Source of the DNA: Nageia nagi
Taxonomy: Eukaryota; Plantae; Pinophyta
Reading direction: 5' to 3'
Assembly (NCBI GenBank): GCA_050084985.1
Contig: JBITNC010000001.1
Coordinates: 2,542,001-2,606,000 of the forward strand
Length of the DNA: 64,000 bases
Part shown: positions 39,901 to 50,590 of the stretch, piece after piece
How the letters are laid out: each line of letters begins with the position of its first letter
How positions within the stretch are numbered: the stretch's first letter is position 1
Made by a program: the position numbers and the translations under genes
Notes under the pieces: generated by a model
Database searches by the model: none
The model's input: the letters and a program-made list of their open reading frames with translations, nothing else
What the model was told of the DNA's origin: nothing

Positions 39901-42900
39901 TCCAGAATTATTCAACAAGTTTGAGATTCCAGATAAAGAGAGATGATGTAAATAGCAGCTAATAACAACCATCACTCCCTTTTAGGTCCTAATATACAAG
40001 TCATTTAAGTTAAAATGGTTAATGTTGTACAACCTAGCCAGAAAATCTATAAATGTATGAGAGGCCCTTGAAAGAACCAGGAACCTCTCACTTCACCTTA
40101 CAATGATTAGTTAAATTGGGTACCTCCAAGGATTTTGAGTCTTTGAACAAGTTAGCAGTAAATCACGCCTTTGACTCTTTGAATCTATACATTTTGAGAT
40201 CCTTTACCGGTTAGCCCTTTAAGGTTCATACAAGTTATTTAGGTTAAAAAGGTAAATATTGTACAATCTGGCCAGAAAACCTTGTATAAGAGGCCCTCAA
40301 AAGAACCAAGAACCTCTCACTTCACCTTACAATGATTAGATAAATTGTGTATCTCCAAGCGTTTTGAGTCTTTGAACAAGCTAGCAGTATATCAAGCCTT
40401 TGACTCTTCGAATCGATACATTTCGAGATCCTTCAGTGGTTAGCCCTTTAAGGTTCATGTAATTCATAGAATTTTCTTGACAAACCCAAGCATGATACAG
40501 TCAGCAAGTTTCTTGTATTGTGTTTTCCACGTGGCATGCATTACTTTGCTATTGGGTCCAACAAATGATGCCAAGAGCTAAGTTTTATAGAAAACAAGTT
40601 CTCAATTTTTATCGAAACCTAGAAAACCTTCAAAACATATCATCAAGCTTGCTTAGATATATTTGCCCTGAAACTTAGTAAATTCACAGATAAAATTTTG
40701 AGGAACATAGTGGTTTGTTTAGTATTGCTAAATACAATGAAGTAATGAAACTTGTTGGTAGAACTTTTGTAGATGGACAAATAACCTCTAATCTTAGATA
40801 TGTAAATTGCAAGATAAGAACTTCAAGAGATAATGCACAAAACAATAGACAGCTAGAATAATCACAAAAACATTACAGCATCACAGGTGATCATACTGGT
40901 GGCATATGGTATGTAGTTGAATTAAACAAATGAAATTAATGATTTTATAAGTTGTTAAAGGGCTTTGACCAAAGGCAAGTTTGATGGAACTTTGTAGTTT
41001 GTACTGGATCCATTCCAGTTGCACCTTGCCCCAACAACATGACTGGCAGAATATATATTAGGATTCTAAGTACAAAAGATGACTATGCTTAATTCTAATT
41101 GGTGCAACACCCAGAAAGTGCCTTTCCTGAAGCATCCAACAAAAAATGACCATTGTATTTACTTACTGTTGATTACCATCAATTCATCCTAATAAAGTAA
41201 TTGATAAAAACAGCACACAATTAACATCAGTGTTTACACCTCAACAGAAGATTACAGTATTAAATGTTTCAAAGCTTTCTTTGCTTGTGAATTTGACTTC
41301 ATACTACTTTGAATTCTGGATGATAGCAGGCATTGATTGAACTTCAAGAAATTTCGGGGAGACAACTCTGAAATTTGTTTGCAAGTGAGTGCTCCTTTTC
41401 ACATGTTTGAACTAGTGCCATATGTGAGCTATTATTAAATATACTTTACATCAAGACCAACCAAGGAATCTGTGAACCCAATTTGCAGCGCTCTCAGGAT
41501 GCTGAGGATGTTTTTGATAGTTCAGTATGCTCTGACAACACCCAACAAAAAGTGCTGACCATGAACCATAAAAAGATGACAGAAATTTTTTATGCTTAAC
41601 CTGGGCTGCACAATAATATACAATAGAATTGTCCTGCTCGCTCTTAACCTCAAAAGTTATTACAACAGAAGATGTAAACAGTGCAAAAGACTTTACTTTC
41701 CTGCTACCACATTCAAAAGGCAGAGAAAAAATCATAGCAAACCCTAAATTAGAAGAAACCAATGTTAAACTATCCAGTGACACACATCTTGATGTATAAG
41801 ATGGTTGTGACATTATGCTTTGAATGCCATGGTGATATATCTGAACTGTTGATACTACTACAAACTTTGCAGGTACTTGATATTAACTTGCATCTTTAGA
41901 TCGTCATTGTACTGCATTTTCAAAGAAGATATTCCATATATTTGTTGTTATATTTTTTGCATGCTGATTTCCAAAAAGGTCTTGGACTAACAGATATTCT
42001 TATAAAATCTTCCTCTCAAGGGCAATTTTATCATCAATGTCCAACATGCCACACATCTGCATAAAAGTTTTGAATGGCCATCACACCCTCAGTATCAGAA
42101 ATAACCAAGAATATATACACAGCAAAAGCATTAGAGAACGTGAGATTTGTCTGTATCACATGACCAAAGATCACATAACACATTCAGAAATTCATGCCAT
42201 GTCCCTTATGAAACTGGACTGAATGAAAAGAACTTTTGTAAAGAAACATCAAAGTGAAATAAACATCAATGGAAAAAGAAGATGCTGTAAGTTATTGTCC
42301 TGCTGTAAGAAATATGAAAAGACATTATAGGGAAGCTCACAGTTATTTTCTTAAATTTTATGTAATAACAGTACTTTAACATACATTATTGGTTCCATTG
42401 AGATTGACTACCTCATACATAGCAAAATCAATAATCACCTTGTTATCCTTGTGATACAAGGTCAATTGTCAATTCCTGGTTTTACAAGCAGAAGACAACA
42501 GGAACAAAATCTTACATGAAGATCAAGAGTCCTTTAAGTCTAATGTGAAATATCTGAAATGCTAACCTTTATTGTGGTTGTATAATATCAGTATTACACA
42601 TTTTATAGAAATCCTGAGCGGACCTCCAGTGCAAATAAATAATCTCAAGTAGAACAAACTCTGTGTTCTAGAAGATCGATGAAAAATTTGAATCTTGAAG
42701 AAATTCAACCAAGGAGAATGCAAGAATAATATTACTGGTTGCATTGGATTCTAGTGGCTTCCTTGTAAGACGTAACCCAAAGTGGTGAATCTAGTCCATA
42801 TTGCCCCATAGAGCTGTTTAATCCATTAATACTCATCTGTGTAAGAAAATGGACACCATACAACAATCGATATCCAATATTGACAAAATTCAATAAGATT

Positions 42901-45900
42901 TATGATCTGCAGCAACAAATGTACAAGATAAAACTTGAAAAGAGCAGTTAGTTGAAAGTTCCAGCTACAAGCTGCTGCTAATAAAAAATCACATTGTATG
43001 AAAAAATAAAAACCTCCATTATGCCAATATTTTTTTCATTTCTATCAAGCAGCCAAACTGAAGAGATTAAGTATTCAGTCTTCACTATTAATACATGATT
43101 ATTACTCATATATCAGTAAACACATACATTAATGACCAGTAGTGGAACATATATTACAGATAATTGACTGCTCTTGCAGAACTTAAAATGTACAACAAAT
43201 CATTTATAACACATGTTGGATCAAAGATGATTAATACCAATATAAGATGGATCTCAAAAACATCAATGATGGACCAAACAACTGAAAAACATTGATTTTC
43301 ATCTCAAAGGAAGATCATCCTTTTAATTTATTTGCACTTCCACATGCATAAGATGCAAGGAAAAAGGAAAAACAATTCAGTAGTTGCTTCTGTCACCAGC
43401 TGGCAAATGAATTTATTGGACAATATGTGGCATTAAAAGATTTGATGCATTCAGAGATTTTTTAACTTATCAGCAAATTAAAGACTACGTACAAAAAAAC
43501 AATTTAGTGATTGATTCACTTTATTCTTCATAAGTCTGTGATGAATTGTAAAAAAGAATAGGGACCTTAGAGAAGAACTTCTGTGCATGGCTTCGAATCT
43601 GGACAGCAGTCTTGGTACCAATGTGCTCTAAAAACAATACAAACAAAGGAGTAAGACATAGGCAAGTGCTGGAATTGAATGTTACGTGAGAAACTGTATA
43701 TGAGTCATAGTTCAAAAGTGGAAGACCATGGAACACCATATGCATTTACACACCCTTTTGTAAAATACATTTAAAGTTGGAAATTCGGAATAAGTCAAGC
43801 ACAGAACCATTTACCTTCAATCCGTCTCCATGCTCGACCATGCATCTTCAATGCTTCCAAGAACTTCTGATGTTCTTCTTCAGTCCATCTTTCCCTCTGC
43901 TTTGTTATAGTGTAGGGCTTTCTAACCTATAGACAAATGAAGAGATTCATTTCAGCTATACTGCTTGAAATTTCGAAACAGAAAGCTAACTCTATGAGTT
44001 GAAATATTACTACAGCATTTTTGTTCAGATTAAAACAGCTGGAAAACAATAGCAACTTGACTGAAAGGGCGATAGGCATTAGGACCATGACTCAAATTTG
44101 ATGGGCCAACCTATCTTTTAATTGACAAACATATTTGGAATTGGCCATCAATTATGATAAGTAAAATCGCAGAATATTAATATTATGTAATAATTTATAG
44201 TGGAGAAGTCCAGTTAAATATTTATGGTTTTTCTTTCTACTTAATTCATTGTTCTTAATTACTAGAAATTGTACATGATTGGCAATTGAAATATAAGCTT
44301 GTCATTTGCTGACCACATTATTTTTAACCATTAGATCACAGGCTAGAGGCCCTTTGATAAGCATTGGCAACTTCGATTTTCATTAGTGTTTGGGACTCAA
44401 AGCATTTGAAATTATGTGTCTCTGTAACCAGAGTGTGGAAAAAATACAGCATTCTAACAAGAGAAGTTTAACCAAAAATAAAAATACATATTAAGTAAGA
44501 AGCAGCTGCCAAGTCTGTAATCAATTCAGGAGTATGCTATGACAGTGCTATACAACAAAGGAACCTGATGTGGCAGTGGGTTGTGGTGTGCCCCTGTTCT
44601 GAATGAAAGGGTGTTGGTGAGAGTTGAGTTTGGTAGCTGATCTCTACTATAAAAGAAAGTGGGTTGGTAAGAGGCCCTAATTTACTGAAGATAACTAGAT
44701 TGGAGAATTGGGGGAAAAAAAAGGAGTGGAGTACATAAAGGAAGTGGGGGGAGGCCAGAGGCCAAATCAGAAAGATTTATGTATTGGATCACAATTCAGT
44801 CCCAACCACCAGCCTTTCAGATAGCAAGGATGCTGAGTGCTGGCATGTCCTGGACAGATTGTAGTGGATTCTCAGCATTTAGGAGAGTTGTTCTGTCTCA
44901 AGAAATATCTGATATTCCTTGCTGCTGTTGTCATCTATGGATGTCAGTCCCCTATATGAACTTGCAGTTCTGTTTTACTTTTCAATGTAACTCTGTTTCT
45001 TTTTGTTTGACAAAATAAAATATTGAACTGGAAATCTGCTACTTCAAGACTAATGTACATCTGTGTTTACTTCCTAGATTTATGAGGACAAAAGCAAACA
45101 AGATTCTCATAACAAGTTAAACTAAGCATCATTGAAATTCAAATTTCTGCATTACTCGTTTAAAAAAATGTCATTTTATTAAGTCAAATTATGAAAGATG
45201 AATTCACTGCAATCTATCTTTGGGGTGCTCTGCATCAGAAACAAAAAGGACAAATGTTTGCAATCTGACCTCCTAAATTTATGAGGACAAAAGCAAACAA
45301 GATTCTCATAACAAGTTAAACTAAGCATCATTGAAATTCAAATTTCTGCGTTTCTCGTTTAAAAAAATGTCATTTTATTAAGTCAAATTATGAAAGATGA
45401 ATTCACTGCAATCTATCCTTCAGAACAGCATCAAAGAATTGAATTTGATATGTATGAGTTTCATTGAGTTCAACAAATGAAGATTATAACTAAAAGATAT
45501 GATGTTTCAGTCCAAACAAATCCTGATCTCCTGTATATCTGGGAGTTTCATGTGAGTTTATTTTCAGACAGGAGAACACCCATGAGAAATTTAGTGACTA
45601 AAAACTTGAAAAGACTTCCATATCAAGCAGAGAATATCAAGATCTTACTTTGGTTGTGAGTTCATCTCCTGATGAAGAAACCTCATCGTTCTGAAGCCGA
45701 ACAGTTGGAGACCTAGATTTGCTTGTATCTGAATATTGGAAACCACTACTCTCAATGGCCTGCCATCCTGCAGAGCCCTCAGCTCCTTCTTTCTGTAGAG
45801 AAATCAGAATAATTTTCTGTTAATTAAATACGATTTCTTTCGTATGAAATTAATCTATTTTGATTTTCGACTAGTTAGGTAATACACACGGTGTGTGTGA

Positions 45901-46584
45901 AGAATTTCACATTAGAGAAGCCAGAAAATCAAATCAAAGCTTTCTTCCAACCAAAAATCAAATCAAGCATGGCTATCTTCCAGTAAAGAAAATGGTTATC
46001 TTCAAATAGAAACAACTATTCGAAATTTTGCAGTACGCTTCTTCAATAAATGCCTAGCAAAATGGACTGGCACAATTCATAGGACGCATCGCATAGCAAA
46101 CCAGCCATGTAATGCAGTACTCGGAAGCATAACAGCAGAGCCAAGTCCTCCCTGAACCCAAATTTAAGCTAAAATATATAGAACTCACTAATTAATCCAA
46201 AACACAACCTGAAACTTTGTATTTAAAGCCAAATCGCTCTGCAAATTGCACTCTACCCAGAGCCTATTGTAAACTTATAGTATACTGGCAAAACCACTTG
46301 GACTTCAAATCTCCAGAAAAAAATTCCACAGAAAAAATTGATTTACGAATTGCCTTTTAAGTATGCCATTTTTGTCAAACTTTTCAATGGAAACAGAACA
46401 TTCAATGACAATCTTACAGCTCAGAATTTGAAAAGAGAAAACTTGTTTGAATAAAGAGTTCTAGTATCTGTTATGTTGGTAAGAATAAAGCTAAAAGTCT
46501 ATTTGGGCAAAGGAAACTATATTTTTTTTTTACAAAAACAGGGTAAAATACCTGTGGAGTTCCTAGGTTAGGGGTAGAAGCCAT
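36332..46584 (-). CDS. LHY: LHY/CCA1/REVEILLE-family single-MYB (SHAQKF) circadian clock transcription factor, about 1021 aa; join of complement(46584-46552, 45792-45649, 43926-43815, 43627-43566, 39497-39279, 39047-37128, 36907-36332)
   Basis: Open spliced frame with GT-AG at all 6 introns. [31 protein letters not shown]; [17 protein letters not shown]; YPRHVPV; [10 protein letters not shown]; [10 protein letters not shown]; [24 protein letters not shown]; [17 protein letters not shown]. The symbol denotes LHY/CCA1-like; orthology is not proven. Confidence 0.92.
37128..39047 (-). CDS. LHY: Coding exon 6 (640 codons)
   Basis: Lies within ORF 37086-39167. GCAG acceptor in phase 0 (5' boundary less certain); GAG|GT donor at WKAVSEE, the conserved last-intron position. 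Confidence 0.9.
39279..39497 (-). CDS. LHY: Coding exon 5 ([26 protein letters not shown])
   Basis: TTTTGCAG acceptor; AAG|GTACTT donor (a competing GTAAG lies 5 nt upstream). Confidence 0.9.
39980..40460. repeat. Intronic tandem duplication, about 232-bp unit x2
   Basis: ATACAAG..GAACCTCTCACTTCACCTTACAATGATTAG..TAGCCCTTTAAGGTTCAT at 39994 and 40228. Confidence 0.92.
43566..43627 (-). CDS. LHY: Coding exon 4 ([21 protein letters not shown])
   Basis: 62 nt, phase 1 to 0, TTTTTAG acceptor, AAG|GT donor. Confidence 0.97.
43815..43926 (-). CDS. LHY: Coding exon 3 (MYB N-half, VRKPYT..AWRRIE)
   Basis: 112 nt, TAG acceptor and G|GTAAAT donor; not in the ORF track, read from the sequence. Confidence 0.97.
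45072..45417. repeat. Intronic 147-bp direct repeat (199-bp period)
   Basis: 45072-45218 and 45271-45417 differ at about 3 positions. Confidence 0.95.
45649..45792 (-). CDS. LHY: Coding exon 2 ([16 protein letters not shown])
   Basis: TTTCTCTACAG acceptor, AAA|GTAAGA donor, 144 nt open; ends in a SSGEEL..K-like motif that precedes the MYB in LHY/CCA1. Confidence 0.88.
46552..46584 (-). CDS. LHY: Clock gene coding exon 1 ([11 protein letters not shown])
   Basis: GTC ATG GCT context; CAG|GTATTT donor; phase 0 fits the next exon; resembles the short RVE1-type first exon. Confidence 0.7.
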
Positions 46585-47430
46585 GACAGATGTACAAAAG
46601 CGCAAAGGCACTCAACTCTCTTCTTCCAAACCACCACAAGGCTTGTGAGATCGCAATAATTTCAACAGTTTGAAATAAAAGATCAACTTCTCCCTGATAT
46701 TTTCTCCTGAGATTTCACAATACACTCCATAGCATGATAAAAACCGTCAGATCTTCGATTAACGATCTCCCAAGTAAAAAAAAACCGACTCCATATACAC
46801 CATGGAATTAACACCAGGCCATGTTCTAAATCCAAATATAGTGTTTCTAATGTAGACCAATCGATCGTTTGAGGCAGAAAACACTTGAAACCGCTCCCAT
46901 ACGCCAATCCATTTTCTCCATCGGTATAAGTTTCTTAGGAGCTGAAATTTTCGCCGATCAGAAGCTCTGTGACTCGGAAATAAAACAAAACTTGCCAATA
47001 CCGCTCAAATTCACCAAAACTGCTGCCATTTTTGCTAAATCCTCCACGACCCCCTCAGTAAAAACCCGTTTAATTTCTAACCCTGAGAGAACAACTCAAC
47101 ATAGGGAAAGAAACAGTGTTCTAACAGTTCCACAGCCACTGCAATCAGGCTTAAAAGACCGTCAGCGGAGCTCTCAAACTTGTGACTAAATCCACAGCAA
47201 AACCAGATATAAAAAAAAAAAGCATTTAAACTGCTCCGATCAGTCAAACACCAACACAAATCTCTAATAACCGCAAAAATTCCTCTTCAAACCGACTTAT
47301 TCAGCGATATAAACTTCACCACGACTCCAGACTCTACAAAATATGCCTCAAACTCCACCAAATCGGGCCGGTAAAAAAATGGGGAGAACCTCCAGACCTC
47401 TGGACACAAAACTCCTACTCATCTCTCTTC

Positions 47431-47437
47431 ATTTATA
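47431..47437 (-). promoter_or_regulatory. Candidate TATA box of the clock gene
   Basis: Minus strand TATAAAT inside the CpG-rich island, about 850 nt upstream of the ATG; would place the TSS near 47400. Confidence 0.5.
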
Positions 47438-47780
47438 TCAAAAACATCGACGACGTGCCGCTCAAGCTTCAACAAATTGAGCCGCAAAGAAAAGGCAGAG
47501 TCTCCCCGGCCCGACCAACACAAAAATTCCTTTTTCGGATGATCTCTTGGCTGAAAATTTTTCAATATTTCTCAAGGCATTACCTCCTTATTTTATTTCT
47601 TTCCAGCCTTGGATATCTTTTACACATATCCGCCCATCTGCTTCCTCTCTTAGACAACCCTGCCATTTCTTTATCTCATCTTTTACGTAACTCTAGAGAG
47701 AGAATGAAAGCGCAAAAGCCTGGCCAAGAATTTTTTCCCCCAAAAAGAAAAAACCAAACTTTTTTTTTTTTTTTTTAATA

Positions 47781-47788
47781 AAAAATCT
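47781..47788 (+). promoter_or_regulatory. CCA1-binding-site motif AAAAATCT
   Basis: Exact motif in the proximal promoter next to a T17 tract; short and AT-rich, so it may be chance. Confidence 0.35.
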
Positions 47789-47976
47789 TGTGGCTGGCAA
47801 CAGAGCCGTCTCGGGACGCATGTGGACAATATGTGAAATCAACGGTAAATTTATTTTGGACCACAAGTAGGTTGAGGCTAAGAAAGGTATGGAGGATTTG
47901 AGGTGTAGAGAAAAAGAAAATTGGTTTTATTTGAAGTTACTAATCCGAGTCATAGGCGTGACTTTTGCGCTTTAGG

Positions 47977-47985
47977 GCCACGTCA
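47977..47985. promoter_or_regulatory. G/C-box hybrid / ABRE (GCCACGTCA; ACGTGGC on minus)
   Basis: bZIP-type ACGT element in the proximal promoter; G-box-type elements are known in LHY/CCA1 promoters. Confidence 0.5.
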
Positions 47986-49936
47986 TCTCTTATGTGGGAA
48001 CCACCTGGTGGGAGATGGGAATTTGACCGTGAAGGGAGTGTGTGGTGACCGTGAGGGACGCGCGTGGGGAGGTCTAGAGAAATCTTTACTTTATTTAAGA
48101 CGCGGTAACAAGTTCGCACGTGTGTGTAAAACCCTTGTGGTTGTGGACATTTATTCATTTCATCATTTTTATTATTGATTTTATATGAATAATTATTACT
48201 ATTATTATATTATTTTATGATGTTTAACAATTGATTTGTTAATTTGAAAAAGGTTTGTTTTGGGATGGTATTTCTTCATGAAAGTTTCAAGCGTAGGGTT
48301 TGGAAGAGTAATAACTTTGATTTTTGTTAAAATTTTAAATGTATTTGTTATTTGAAGCATCTACCAGTCTAGGAGCAATTCAAGTCATGGTTTCAACCGA
48401 AAGGATAAGGATTTCATAAAAGTCTTTCTATGAATCCTTTTAATGTGTATTGCTTCATGGTAATTCATTACTAAGGTTTCTTGTTAACATAAGTTCAATG
48501 GGTTCATGCACGACAATTTTTTAAGAAAGACATTATTTCTTCTCTAATGGTACCTAACATTAGATCCTCTATAGGAGGATTTCAAAAGTATTCTTCATTT
48601 GAAAAGCAAGGATAGAACAACGTATGATATTATCATTACACACTTAATTGTTGGTGCTACACAAGATTAAAGTTCAAACTTAATGTTTAAGGTGGTCGAA
48701 TTAGGGTTATTTTGTGGGTACTTCTTTGCTTACCTATAAAGCTCACCTTGGTTATGCTTAGCTTTCACCATATTTACCCAATATTCTTAAGCTTGATAAG
48801 TGTTGGGACCTTCTTTCAATCAAAACTAAATGGCAAATTAGATTTCAAATTGTATGGGCTCCTTATTTAAACCGATGTAGTGATTCTTTGTTTGTAGTCT
48901 ATTATTCCAAGGACTATTGTAGGGCAATCATTTGAAGCATCTGAGCATTAGAACCCTTAATTTCTATTTTGCCAAACCCTAAAAAAATTATTCTCACTTA
49001 CTTTGATCTTATTTAAGAGCCAAATATGTATGCAATTGAATGTCTTCCTTTTTCAATCCTTTTCTACCTTCCCACATTACCTAGCAACAAGCTCAGTTAC
49101 AAGACATGCATACCTTCACACTGTACTTGCATGAAGTGTGGAATACCTTCCACATTAGTTTGTTATTTCATGTTTGAAAGGCCTATAATAGTGTAATTTT
49201 TGCTCAACATTCTCCTTATGTTAGTTTTTTTGCTTGTTGATAAAATAACAATTGTTTATGATGAGTGGTTTCAAATTTGTGTTCAAACAGATAAGGTTGT
49301 AATTGAGTTAGAGCATTTGTGCATGATCTTACATTATTAGGAAAATGCACCTTATACGATGAGTCTTTCCATTGGAATAATTATCTTAGGATCAAACATG
49401 ATCTTACTAGCATTGATGTTCACCTCCACAAACATTTGGCTAATTCCTTAAGTTACCCAGTTCTCAATTGTTGTTAGGTGTTCAAATTCTTCAAGTGGAA
49501 GCTCATCTCATCATGTAGGGAGAGGGGATATATGCCTCGTTACTTAAAAACTTATTATTGGATAGGGTGATATTATAAAAATTGATGATGACCATGATGT
49601 CGTGGGTTGGTTGGTCCCTCTCCCAACTAGTCCTTAGCGACCCCAAGGTGACGTATGAGGAGCCTCTTTTCATGCACAACCCACTAGATATTCTTTAAAT
49701 GTTTAGTATTTAATTTTTTTTATTTTGTGAGTTGTGTAACAAGTGGCTCGCTTTCATGATGCTTTAATAAGTTTTTTTTTTTTAATATCCTAAACCAATG
49801 GGTTAGTGTGACTCCATACAAAGTGTGACCAATTCACCCATACCTATTTTCTATTATAAAGTAATTATATTTTAATAATATATGGCCTTCTCATATTAAA
49901 ATACTATATTTGTATTTTTTATTTTAAAAATATATT

Positions 49937-50590
49937 TTGGATAACCTAGGAAAGAAGCATATCAATGTTGATGCATTATCTAGAGCATATAAGGACATTA
50001 TATCTTCTTATGATGATGATATTTTTCCTGATGCATCTTTGTTTTCTATGGAGATGATTCCAAATGAGTTCATTGATATTTGGAATTACTTGAGTGATTT
50101 CAAATTTCTAGAGGGAGCAACATCCAAGATAAAAAGGAAAATTACTTAGGTAAGTAGACCTTGTACACTTGTGGATGGGGTGTTATATAAAGTTGGAACA
50201 AATGGAAAGTATCTTTGTGACATTGGAAAAGATCAAGGGAAAGAGTTAATAAGATACATACATGATGGCATAAGCAAAAGACACTTTTCTAGATAATTAA
50301 TGACAATAAGAAGACTATTGGATGCAGGTTATTACTAGCCCACTTTTTTTTAAAGATTATTTTAGCTATCATAAGAGTTGTGATATTTGTCAATCTTATG
50401 GGAATCGTAGAATAACATTAGCACCATTATGTCCTCTTCTTCCCTTAGGATCATTTGAGAAATGGGGAATTGATATTGTAGTACCACTCCCTCTTACACC
50501 AAGGAAAAATAGATATATTGTTGTGGGACAAATTATTTGACTAAGTAGGTATAAGCAAGACCATTGAAGGAAGCATCAATGGATCATCTA
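49937..50590 (+). pseudogene. Ty3/gypsy pol fragment (RNase H end, integrase zinc-binding domain and start of core)
   Basis: GKKHINVDALSR; CDICQ; PLGSFEKWGIDIVVPLPLTPRKNRYIVV; no LTRs seen. Confidence 0.85.

Noticed and set aside
41451-41813. 120-aa intronic ORF as an independent gene
   Set aside because: No recognisable domain and intron-like composition; only its last 82 nt are kept as a candidate cassette exon.
47993-48003. TCP/CHE site in the promoter
   Set aside because: Reads GGTTCCCAC, which does not fit GGNCCCAC.
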